A DNA stretch of 64,000 bases from Giardia intestinalis. Taxonomy: Eukaryota. Position 1 is the stretch's first letter, and every line of letters begins with the position of its first letter. Shown piece by piece: positions 11,601 to 19,686 of this stretch. Below the pieces are notes generated by a model. It made no database searches, was not told the DNA's origin, and worked only from the letters and a program-made list of their open reading frames with translations. Location of the stretch: assembly GCA_000002435.2 (NCBI GenBank), contig CM018793.1. One strand, written 5' to 3'. Both the position numbers and the translations under genes were made by a program.

Positions 11601-12834
11601 CCCTTAGAAAGTCCGATATGTCGCCGATTCTTCCAGCGGCTATGTCTGATTCGTGCAGCATCAAAAAACACTGTCCCAGCAGGACACCATAAAGCTCTGG
11701 AGGCATAGTATCGATGGTAGAGTTTCGAATGACGGCTTCCTGTGAGGGAGTAATGTTGAAGAACGGATTGCGTTCCAAAGCAAAGCTCTTCAGGACACCT
11801 AGTGAATCTATAAAGGTCTGAATTAGGTCGGTTGTCTGATAAGAGCGAGCAGCAACCGAGCGCAAGAACGTACAGAGTGGGAGAAATGGTAAATTCTGGA
11901 TCATCCTATAGAGGCCCAAGCTATACGAGCTAGATATGCATGGAATCGAAGAAAGTACGTCAGTATCTTGCCCAGACTGTGAAGATGACAGAGTCCCAGC
12001 TGCTCCATTGGTACCAGGAGACCCCTGCTTGGTGGTCGTAGCAGGGCTTCCAGCTAAACTGGCGACGGTGTAGAGGGATCCTGTTGCAGTGCCTTTACCG
12101 TAGAACAAAGCCATAATCTGATGCTTTAACTGATAGGATAGCCGCTCGTGATCTCTCTTGAGGCCACTCCGCATAGTATCAACATCCACAAGCACAGTCC
12201 TGGATGTCCGCATGGCAACGTCTGCAAGATGAAAAATGGCAATGGCGTTGATGAGATCCCGCTTGTGCAGAAGTTGGTCAATTAACAGGGTGGTCGATTT
12301 AAGCGCCAGAATGGAGCGGGAGATGGAGGTGGCCGCATTGAGAACTCTCCGCTTGTGGAGTAGCGCCTTAATGTCGTAATTCTCGGAGAAGTAGTGGGAT
12401 AATGTGTCGTCAGATGCCCGCAGGATGTGCTCTAGACGCGCCGTATCTGCCTTCAACGTGTCCGCAAGGGTATCCATTATTGAGAAGCACGACACCTTAT
12501 TTGCAACGCGCAGCCCATAGGTCTCGGATATAAATGTGGAAAGGTGTTGAAGCTTGTCTATAAAATCCTGAGTCGGCTTGTGTTTAAATACCGTCTTATC
12601 CACAAAGCTCTGGGGCCGGATGGAGGCATCCGTTCGCAATATGGAGTCCAATGCCTTGAGTGCGCAAAATGGGGACGAGGTGTGGAGGGCCTCCAGTGAT
12701 TGTGAAATGTATCTATCCGATCCAGGTGTGCCCTTTATTCGTTGAAATAACGTCCGTGCCGCATCGAGACTGTCTAGTTGCACAGCAGGCTGGTCGATTG
12801 TCGACTGCGTAAACTGTGTGAAGCCTGTGCTCAT
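8674..12834 (-). CDS. Large hypothetical protein (~1386 aa). No recognisable domains.
   Basis: Long ORF. The track start at 12945 is TTG (+ strand caa) and its first 37 codons look non-coding. The first plausible ATG is at 12834 (MSTGFTQ...). An AGTGAAC poly(A) motif lies 20 nt past the stop on the minus strand. Confidence 0.55.
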   Translation of the reverse strand: MSTGFTQFTQSTIDQPAVQLDSLDAARTLFQRIKGTPGSDRYISQSLEALHTSSPFCALKALDSILRTDASIRPQSFVDKTVFKHKPTQDFIDKLQHLSTFISETYGLRVANKVSCFSIMDTLADTLKADTARLEHILRASDDTLSHYFSENYDIKALLHKRRVLNAATSISRSILALKSTTLLIDQLLHKRDLINAIAIFHLADVAMRTSRTVLVDVDTMRSGLKRDHERLSYQLKHQIMALFYGKGTATGSLYTVASLAGSPATTTKQGSPGTNGAAGTLSSSQSGQDTDVLSSIPCISSSYSLGLYRMIQNLPFLPLCTFLRSVAARSYQTTDLIQTFIDSLGVLKSFALERNPFFNITPSQEAVIRNSTIDTMPPELYGVLLGQCFLMLHESDIAAGRIGDISDFLRGLLVENMDSRLIEMYHRAEQESSFVDEGQSSTLSTDKMSYISSALDLHRADHVLRLRRLIFSSSGGVHVPEFRLVDTNPLKDFAKVTRRFFQRVYFSMINATLLYGSFLVSYSFYLQALKQPSPFDNQQSPPVGLSLAKTLQPSKSRAILQPSAFNIDAMVPISSVPVMPPHPPLQSPGSPAQPEHVSFKKILETLFFMLAETNPSSALEFLNTDVDSSPSGGFSDPTMFMSSFSTSTNQKRIISASFSSAASAGKLVSIKANEQLPFINTIFALDARYPFIGYNDSLKQFLGAFYDAAIRRLAYYCSMVIKSSGYAKSSAQMHQQTHGDKLTIGGHDGVYAAAGSSASDQDGRVLTDTATSSLFSLSWVRSLSLYSSSPGVSKALSSVKPNNWNALLIENHLLSFYHCAVMLTNVIEINPIDEIFTQFFSRLLDNYTSYINSNVNNLFALVSLQDLELGLYTTNSRVYGLGVLSSLTSLQQPDDDVSCYSTCEAPSELTDAFTSTTGLLRVESSYSLARALLGDERTVMSDRPELTAYKLAQYTLRFLNDMMAFSSMSSKYYEANSALILSTICNTFLNMIYMRLHIHYKALYSYALFFTPAGNSPIEGSTVSGYEALLDDYIGSAAITSDRIASLDKALGQHGIEQYASVSSFYSLGTFAILDEIIDTRQTMDGVSTLVGVGRSTPGSSVISRRSSAAHSFTLNPITAPFRQSRTMEGCERPVKTRTHSRQSSSLQILDAEVERASFNFALDGHNGGIGEDLREPEQASIKCSQNQSEGDALLEKLPTAVLVDGGMLEHALYCLQGCILVYDYLKKFTPVPPSSDHVWYSRFELTIKKIVHFIILEWRLYVSVHIRQGFDEDLNAPPEHVQLGAQSPVSAGYNSFVSSIKALRVLSERPDFKWIMNYDTLLFDHIFYTVERVFMERLNRVSSSVLRHDQMTRMAAALQYISSIATGPASFRSVFQKLHSLCAG

Positions 12835-12922
12835 GTTAAATTGAGTCAGGGAGTTTATAAGTGAAAACAGTGGAAGAAAGCAGTGGAACCTTAAAAATCG
12901 ATAATAAGTAAACCAAAAAATC
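12835..12922. promoter_or_regulatory. Short (~88 bp) divergent intergenic spacer, a presumed bidirectional promoter, between the 8674..12834 (-) and 12923..15370 (+) genes.
   Basis: A/T-rich initiators abut both ATGs (aaccaaaaaatcATG on +; caatttaacATG on -). Giardia promoters are short AT-rich elements. Confidence 0.3.
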
Positions 12923-15370
12923 ATGGCTCCGCGCTCGGTACTCAAGCGAGAATGGTTCGATGCGATCTATCGCGGTGATGTAGAATGTGTCTCTCAGATG
13001 CTTCCTCAGATGAAAAAGACCTGTAACCAGTGGGGAGAAACCGGATTAATGATTTCCGCGAAGGAGGGCAACCTAACTATGGCAGAACTTCTGGCTCCCC
13101 ACGAAGCAGGAATGACCAATGTGGAAGGAAGAACTGCCCTAATGCTTGCAGCTGCAGCCAACAATCCAGAGATCTGTAAAATTTTGGTCACAGAGGAGAA
13201 GCACATTGTGACCTTGGACTCTCGTAACGCGCTCATGTTTGCAGCTGCAGCCAATGCTGCTGACGCAGCAGAGATACTCATATGTGATCTTGGAAAGACC
13301 CGCGACGCCTTAGGCCGGGCACCTCTTCATTATGCTGTGCTTAGCCGAGCTCCCCACGTGGTTCAACTTATTCTTCAATATCCTAATGACATATCTCACG
13401 ACGATGTGTCTCTCCTGTTGGATTATGCCAAAGAGTACGGATATGACACGATTATACAGATGCTCACCGAGTACGACCCTATAAACAGGCTCATGGAGTT
13501 CGATCAGGTTTCACTTATCAAGCTATCTGAACTACAACAGTTGATGCAGAGGTTTCCCAGTTCCTCACTAAGATCAGAAGCCACCAAGCTTCTCAGTGAA
13601 GCGACGGAGTCGATAACCATTGACCTAGAGAAAAAAACGGCTATGATAGACGGTTATCATAACGAGATCAGTATGCTGCACGAACGCATTTCGGTACTCA
13701 ATGAAACGATTAATCAACAGCAGAAAGAGCTTGATGGACTTTATAAAATGGTGAAGCTGGGGATATCTGGAATAGATAGCAGTAAGCAGAGCATGCCCGC
13801 ATCAGAGTTTGCAATCAAGCGAGCACAGGAGCTGATGGTCAAGCCCATGTCTGTGGATTCATCTAAGGTAAATCATGACGATCACGATGAGAAATACAGT
13901 GATAGATGTAGTACTGACTTGCACGAGGATCTCCAGTATCATGAGGGCAGTGATGCTATCCCTGGATCTACAGAGGCAAAGAGCTTGGAAACTTACTTAG
14001 CTCGCACAAAGTCCACTCCGTCTCGCGCTGATACGACAGATGAGAGAACGTGCTTATCTGACAGAGACCAGCAAGCCCTGGTGACAGACCCAACTATTGA
14101 AACAGAGGATTCGCCGTCTGCGAATTTTCATACACATCAAGACACTATGGTTAAAGGAACAGAAGAGTATGAAAACCGTGCTCTACCAATTTCATACTCT
14201 CCAGATGTTGATAATGATGAGGAGCGTCAGTACCTGGCTTACATGGCGCTGATGGCTGAGATTGATGAAGAGCACGGCGTAGTCGCTCGCCCACTCGAGA
14301 AACCGCCGCCTCACTTAACGCTGCCACGCATGCGTGAAAGCATAGGAACAGATGAAGTTGACGCCATAGTTTCTACTGGTTCTTTAGCAAGCGACCTAAA
14401 AGAGCTCCCGATGGGTGTCTCGACTGAGAATCAAAGTACTACGGAAGAAGTCGATAAGGACAATACTTTTCCCGTCACTTCGTCTATAGATGGACAAATC
14501 GAACCTTTGGACCCACAGCAACCAAGAGAACTCATTCTTTTAGAATCAGATATCCCCAAAAAGGAAACACTTACTTCGATATCGAGTGATCAAATAGCCA
14601 CAGCTGATCAGTACCATGATCAAGATTGTCCCACAGTTTCTGCCAAGCCACTAGATGACAGTAAAGCAAGCCCGTGCACCTTCAGTAGCCAGCCTTCAGA
14701 CCACGGTGATTCTTCAGAAATGGTTATTAGGATGGTATCAGAGGAGGAGTCCATACGCGATGAAAACGTTCAATTGGCATATCAATATGAAACGCCAGCA
14801 GAGCCCCCTGCAGACGAGGCGGTGATCGACGCCATCCCGGAGCCCCCTGCAGACGAGGCGGTGATCGACGCCATCCCGGAGCCCCCTGCAGACGAGGCGG
14901 TGATCGACGCCATCCCAGAGCCCCCTGCAGACGAGGCGGTGATCGACGCCATCCCGGAGCCCCCTGCAGACGAGGCGGTGATCGACGCCATCCCAGAGCC
15001 CCCTGCAGACGAGGCGGTGATCGACGCCATCCCAGAGCCCCCTGCAGACGAGGCGGTGATCGACGCCATCCCGGAGCCCCCTGCAGACGAGGCGGTGATC
15101 GACGCCATCCCAGAGCCCCCTGCAGACGAGGCGGTGATCGACGCCATCCCAGAGCCCCCTGCAGACGAGGCGGTGATCGACGCCATCCCAGAGCCCCCTG
15201 CAGACGAGGCGGTGATCGACGCCATCCCAGAGCCCCCTGCAGACGAGGCGGTGATCGACGCCATCCCAGAGCCCCCTGCAGACGAGGCGGTGATCGACGC
15301 CATCCCGGAGCCCCCTGCAGACGAGGCGGTGATAGAGACGGACCAACTAGGAGAAGACGGCAGCAATTAG
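12923..15370 (+). CDS. Ankyrin-repeat / coiled-coil protein (815 aa). Its N-terminus is of the 21.1 paralog type (REWFDAIYRGD...GETGLMISA). The C-terminal region consists of about 14 tandem copies of the 13-aa unit EPPADEAVIDAIP.
   Basis: TALMLAA / NALMFAA ankyrin motifs. Central heptad-like region (ISMLHERISVLNETINQQQKELDGLYK). Perfect 39-nt repeats in frame. A-rich initiator. Confidence 0.8.
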   Translation: MAPRSVLKREWFDAIYRGDVECVSQMLPQMKKTCNQWGETGLMISAKEGNLTMAELLAPHEAGMTNVEGRTALMLAAAANNPEICKILVTEEKHIVTLDSRNALMFAAAANAADAAEILICDLGKTRDALGRAPLHYAVLSRAPHVVQLILQYPNDISHDDVSLLLDYAKEYGYDTIIQMLTEYDPINRLMEFDQVSLIKLSELQQLMQRFPSSSLRSEATKLLSEATESITIDLEKKTAMIDGYHNEISMLHERISVLNETINQQQKELDGLYKMVKLGISGIDSSKQSMPASEFAIKRAQELMVKPMSVDSSKVNHDDHDEKYSDRCSTDLHEDLQYHEGSDAIPGSTEAKSLETYLARTKSTPSRADTTDERTCLSDRDQQALVTDPTIETEDSPSANFHTHQDTMVKGTEEYENRALPISYSPDVDNDEERQYLAYMALMAEIDEEHGVVARPLEKPPPHLTLPRMRESIGTDEVDAIVSTGSLASDLKELPMGVSTENQSTTEEVDKDNTFPVTSSIDGQIEPLDPQQPRELILLESDIPKKETLTSISSDQIATADQYHDQDCPTVSAKPLDDSKASPCTFSSQPSDHGDSSEMVIRMVSEEESIRDENVQLAYQYETPAEPPADEAVIDAIPEPPADEAVIDAIPEPPADEAVIDAIPEPPADEAVIDAIPEPPADEAVIDAIPEPPADEAVIDAIPEPPADEAVIDAIPEPPADEAVIDAIPEPPADEAVIDAIPEPPADEAVIDAIPEPPADEAVIDAIPEPPADEAVIDAIPEPPADEAVIDAIPEPPADEAVIETDQLGEDGSN
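14801..15340 (+). repeat. Tandem repeat, 39-bp unit (gagccccctgcagacgaggcggtgatcgacgccatccc[g/a]), about 13.8 copies. It is in frame within the CDS and encodes (EPPADEAVIDAIP)n.
   Basis: Copies are identical except for a single synonymous G/A at the last position. Period 39 was verified at 14801, 14840, 14879 and onward. The repeat also creates three spurious antisense ORFs. Confidence 0.95.
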
Positions 15371-15414
15371 GGTCTATTTCCATCTCTGATACTGATGAGG
15401 AGACAACCCATACA

Positions 15415-15421
15415 GTTCACT
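15415..15421 (-). terminator. AGTGAAC poly(A) signal that contains the TGA stop of the NEK gene.
   Basis: Minus strand reads aaAGTGAACtg, and the TGA stop is at 15417-15419. Confidence 0.45.
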
Positions 15422-17642
15422 TTCGCCGGCTGGTTCTTAGTTGTTGTAAGTGCATTTTCATCGTATTAGTGAACGTAGGGCTCATTTCGTTTAGCTTTGG
15501 TTCGCTTATAGCAAATTCTAAAGAAAACAGCAAATTAACCATGTCAATGTCGTTGTGGTTTGCTGCATAAGTCAGGGCTGTCGAACCATCCGGAGTAGCT
15601 AGGCCTCCTTCAGACCCAAGTAGTAAGGTTGCGATAGAAAGCTGGCCGGTAGCAGCTGCCTTCATCAGCGCTGTGCGTCCTTTGATATCTCGTAACCCTG
15701 TTTCCTGGCGCAGAAGGAGCTGAATGCAGTTGAATCTTTTATTCAGTACCGCATGCATAAGGGCTGTGTTACCTACTCGATCCGTCATCCTACACTCTTC
15801 GGGTAAAAGGATCTCGACGCAGTTCAAGCTGTCGGATATAGCCGCATACATAAGAGCCGTTTTGCCGTCCTCGTCGTACTGGCGAACCTGTGAAATCCAC
15901 TGCTTCACACCCTTCGAGTCTCCGATTGTCGCCGCCTTCATAAGGTTTGTGTGCCCATGAATCGAAACTCCTGTGGGAGTTCGTTTAGCTACGTGGTCTT
16001 TGGACGATAACGAGTGCGGAAGACCCTGCCGAGACTCATGGCGGCTCGGAGTCATGGTATTGACGCTTTCGGACTTGCACATGTTGCGACTAACACGGCT
16101 ATCACTTCGTTGGTTACGCGAATAGGGGCGTGAATCAGTGGTACCACGGGATCCCTCTACTTGATAGTCATATCTTGCAGTGCCGTGTCCGGAAAACGCA
16201 GAATGCTGAAGAGTAGTTGTAGCACAACCTTGGGATATTCGGTGCTTAGACGACGAAGATCTGCTTCTAGTCGAAGTGTCCCCATCCGTCATCCGTTTCA
16301 AATATGCTGGAAGGGCACTCGTGTCTATTGAAACGGTAGTCCCATCTGCAAAATGTCTAGGATTCTCAGGTATATCCTTGTGTGCACGATCAGATACCCT
16401 CACCGCCGCATCACCGTAGACGCTTGGGTTCTCCAGTAGTGAATAGTTAATCTCTTTGGGTCCTCCTGAAGGGTAGCGCTTAACTTTATCAGCACCATCG
16501 CTTTGGCCCCCGTGATCATGGAACCCTCCAGAACTGAGACCTTTACCATGAACACTCTCTAGAGATTCGAGGGGCTGCGCATGTGCATGTCCACACTGCT
16601 TGGACGATTTTCGGAGATCTATGGGATGAACACTGCTTGGCCGAGAAGTGCGGGACGTGCTAATAGATCTGCTTCCCCGCCTACTCAAGTCGTCGTCACC
16701 AGACTGCACCGTTCTATTTCCGGGTGTATGCTTCAGAGTGTAGTCAAGGTCGTTGAGAATACTAGTATCGTAGACGCCACGCTCAATCAGTCGCTTAACA
16801 GCACTTACTATTTGGGGCACCTGAGCAAGCTCAGACGAAGAGGGCCGAGCATTGTGATCTACGACTAGAATTTTATATATGAACCCAATCAGGTCATTAG
16901 AGTACATTCCCTGCGGTAGCCTGAGATTCTGTGCTGAAAATTTTGAGAACTCCGTGGTGTAATCAGTAGAATGCGAAAAATTGAAAATTGGTCTATTTGT
17001 GCACATTTCACACACTATGCAGCCAAGAGACCAAATATCCACCTTCTCGTTGTAAGGCTTCCGCAAGAGTATTTCTGGTGCCATGTATGAAAACGTACCG
17101 GCAAAGGTCATTTTCGCATCCGCCGATTCAATCACCCGCGACAAGTTGAAATCCCCTATCTTGACCGCACCAGTACTAGATAGAAATACGTTATCAGGCT
17201 TTAGATCTCTGTGTATAATCCGACCGATGCCAGAGGCATTTTCCTTGATTGGTGAGTGCAAATACCGCAAAGCCAATACCATCTGTGCCGTAATGTCCCA
17301 GACAAACGTCTCCGGGATATTTTGCCGACACTGGTGGTACTTATCAATGAGATTAGACAGAGAGCCGCTTTCTAGAAACTCCATTGAAAGCATAATCTTT
17401 CCTGGTATTTCGTTAAAAACCTCAAAATGCTGGACTAGATTTGGGTGGCTTATGCGCGGGATTATCTCTAGCTCTGTCTTCATTGCGCGCAAAACCCCAG
17501 ACGATAGCTGCCGTACTTTATACTCTTTAATAGCCACTTTCCGCTTCTTATTCGTCTCCCAGGCACTGTAAACAGTCCCGAATGCCCCACAGCCCACTGT
17601 GGCTATTTGATCGAACCCCCGGGGAACAACCAAGTCAGCCAT
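15417..17642 (-). CDS. NEK-family Ser/Thr protein kinase with C-terminal ankyrin repeats (741 aa). Predicted catalytically active.
   Basis: GCGAFGTVY glycine loop, VAIKEY, HRDLKPDNVFL, KIGDFNLSR, SYMAPE and DIWSLGCIVCEM are all present. The C-terminus has GKTALMYAA / GNTALMHAV / GRTALMKAA ankyrin repeats. True ATG with AT-rich upstream. The stop codon is embedded in AGTGAAC. Confidence 0.88.
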   Translation of the reverse strand: MADLVVPRGFDQIATVGCGAFGTVYSAWETNKKRKVAIKEYKVRQLSSGVLRAMKTELEIIPRISHPNLVQHFEVFNEIPGKIMLSMEFLESGSLSNLIDKYHQCRQNIPETFVWDITAQMVLALRYLHSPIKENASGIGRIIHRDLKPDNVFLSSTGAVKIGDFNLSRVIESADAKMTFAGTFSYMAPEILLRKPYNEKVDIWSLGCIVCEMCTNRPIFNFSHSTDYTTEFSKFSAQNLRLPQGMYSNDLIGFIYKILVVDHNARPSSSELAQVPQIVSAVKRLIERGVYDTSILNDLDYTLKHTPGNRTVQSGDDDLSRRGSRSISTSRTSRPSSVHPIDLRKSSKQCGHAHAQPLESLESVHGKGLSSGGFHDHGGQSDGADKVKRYPSGGPKEINYSLLENPSVYGDAAVRVSDRAHKDIPENPRHFADGTTVSIDTSALPAYLKRMTDGDTSTRSRSSSSKHRISQGCATTTLQHSAFSGHGTARYDYQVEGSRGTTDSRPYSRNQRSDSRVSRNMCKSESVNTMTPSRHESRQGLPHSLSSKDHVAKRTPTGVSIHGHTNLMKAATIGDSKGVKQWISQVRQYDEDGKTALMYAAISDSLNCVEILLPEECRMTDRVGNTALMHAVLNKRFNCIQLLLRQETGLRDIKGRTALMKAAATGQLSIATLLLGSEGGLATPDGSTALTYAANHNDIDMVNLLFSLEFAISEPKLNEMSPTFTNTMKMHLQQLRTSRRK

Positions 17643-17817
17643 AGGGAGATTAAATTTTAAGGTCTAAAATGTTGATTACGTTTATCTGAAATTAGAGTTG
17701 CCTGCGTGCTCTGGCAATTCGTTGTTGTATATTATTTTTAAGGAGGGGGTTCCCGGAGCAGGTTAGCAACCGCGGAGGGAGTCAAAAAATATTTAAAGTG
17801 CTACAGGAGTACAAACT

Positions 17818-18768
17818 ATGTACAATTGTCGGAGCACACCGGCGACTCCGCGTTGCTCAGTTACCTCTCCTACTCGCTGGGGTGGGTGCCCTGCCTCTAG
17901 GACCCCGTCTTACGACCGCGTGCGGCCAATATCTGTGACGGCCCATCATCCGACTGCCCCTGTAGAGACAGTATTCACTTTGCTCAGCAGGTCTCCTTAT
18001 GCATCCTCTAGTCGTTCTTTGTCCAACAGAGCTGTACCGCAACATATCGCAACCTCTAACCTTCCACATTCTCCGTCGCGCAAGAAACCTTCAGGCTATC
18101 AACATCAGGTCTATCGGCAACGCCTGTCGGTAGATCAGCACAAATCTAAGAGCACTACACGTCCAGTGGACAAGCAATGTGTTCAAAGCGCGCGCACAAC
18201 TAAAACTAATGTTAACTTTCCTAAGCAAAGTTCTACTAAAGAATTACCTTACACTAATACTAATGTTCGCCAAGGCTGCAACAGTAGACAGCAGACTGCT
18301 ACTGCTCAACCTAACAGACTAACGAAGACGCTCTGCAATTCCCCCTGGCACATTTCAAGCAATCTGGCATCCTTAGCGGAGTTTTCTAGCAGCATCTTCA
18401 GTGACGAAGAGACCCCTGTATACAGTGGCAGAGTCAGTGGTGATCCCCGGAAGACTCCTGTTATGATGCAGCCGCAGATCAGCCCTAGCCTAGATGAGAT
18501 TGAAGAACTTGAGGGTAGCGCTCTTCTTAAGCGTTGCCATCATTCAAAGGACACGGATGCCACTGTTCAAAGCAGTCACACAAGCCAGACTGGCAGCAAC
18601 ACCCACACCGATGAGTCGATAATTCCAGCGTTGCCTCCTGGAAGCATGCAGAGCACAGAGTTGATGCAGTACATTCTTGGCGTTCTGATGACCGAGAAGA
18701 GCCCTAGGCCAACTAGGCCTGCTTGGAATAGCGGAGTGTACACCCTTTACAAGCGCAGCAAAGATTAG
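17818..18768 (+). CDS. Hypothetical Ser/Thr/Pro/Arg-rich protein (316 aa).
   Basis: ORF with a true ATG and an A-rich upstream (aaaaaatatttaaag...caaactATG). Low-complexity composition and no recognisable domains. Confidence 0.45.
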   Translation: MYNCRSTPATPRCSVTSPTRWGGCPASRTPSYDRVRPISVTAHHPTAPVETVFTLLSRSPYASSSRSLSNRAVPQHIATSNLPHSPSRKKPSGYQHQVYRQRLSVDQHKSKSTTRPVDKQCVQSARTTKTNVNFPKQSSTKELPYTNTNVRQGCNSRQQTATAQPNRLTKTLCNSPWHISSNLASLAEFSSSIFSDEETPVYSGRVSGDPRKTPVMMQPQISPSLDEIEELEGSALLKRCHHSKDTDATVQSSHTSQTGSNTHTDESIIPALPPGSMQSTELMQYILGVLMTEKSPRPTRPAWNSGVYTLYKRSKD

Positions 18769-19013
18769 CCCCAACACTCTTTAGCCTATAGAGAACCTGC
18801 AGAGGCTTACACGCATATTCTCTCGATGAGATTCCCTTATGAAGGCCGTTCTATCTTTTTCATTGGTATCAACAAACCTATTAATGTAAACTTAACAAGC
18901 GACTACAGCGGACAGCAGTCACTAGTAGTATCTAGAAAACTAAAAACAGAGTGCTTCAGACCTCATAATGTAGTGCCTCCTCAAGCTCTTTGTGTATTCA
19001 CGCGGGTTTAAAA

Positions 19014-19676
19014 ATGCACTTAGAGGATCTGTCTTCTCTGTCCAAGTTGGGCGTGTCTATCGCCATGAAAATAACAGGAGTGTCTATCCTGTCTGTTCTA
19101 TCCCTCTTTATGGTCATCAACCGACCGGAATACCTTCCCTCAATATCTGAAGCCGCTGCCAAAGGGATTCCACGGGTCGTGAACTCGATCGGGGTTGGCT
19201 TGGGAGGCTTTCTCTTCTTTGTCTCGGGGGCTCTGTGGCTAATTTACGGGTACAAGCAAACAGGGGGGTGGGCAGTGCATGCGAAGATACTCTTCACCTT
19301 TATGGTTCACTCTGTCTCCTCGTTTTGCCTTATATCTCAGGCAGTCATTCCGATCAAGCTTCGAGAAGAGACATGTATTCATAGAGTCTTCGCAGCCATC
19401 TTCTTTCTGACAGCCTTTCTACTGTGTTACTTACTTGAAAGCATTGAAAAGGCAATTCATGAGGTGTGCGCCTCGGTACGACTGCTGAGATCTGCTCTCC
19501 TATTCCTGGGTGTTTCAGCGATGCTCTTCGGAGGCAATCTGGCCACTGCCTGGGGCAACTTTATGTCCCACAGTCCAAAAATGGCCGAGCTTCGTATACT
19601 AACAGGCTTCTCGTGCATTCAGTACGTCATCGTTTTTTCACTCCTCTTATATATGTACACATTTGGTCTCAGCTGA
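19014..19676 (+). CDS. Small hypothetical polytopic membrane protein (~220 aa, about 5-6 predicted TM helices).
   Basis: The track start at 18990 is TTG. The first ATG at 19014 is preceded by gggtttaaaaATG. Several hydrophobic segments of 20-23 aa. Confidence 0.5.
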   Translation: MHLEDLSSLSKLGVSIAMKITGVSILSVLSLFMVINRPEYLPSISEAAAKGIPRVVNSIGVGLGGFLFFVSGALWLIYGYKQTGGWAVHAKILFTFMVHSVSSFCLISQAVIPIKLREETCIHRVFAAIFFLTAFLLCYLLESIEKAIHEVCASVRLLRSALLFLGVSAMLFGGNLATAWGNFMSHSPKMAELRILTGFSCIQYVIVFSLLLYMYTFGLS

Positions 19677-19686
19677 GCCTCTATCT

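Noticed and set aside
14727-15383. Three long minus-strand ORFs (218, 202 and 194 aa) with repetitive Gly/Ser/Arg-rich translations, and an array of evenly spaced repeats that could be mistaken for a CRISPR array.
   Set aside because: They are antisense artefacts of the 39-bp in-frame coding tandem repeat. The repeats are contiguous with no unique spacers, the unit is a multiple of 3 and maintains the + strand ORF, and the context is eukaryotic.
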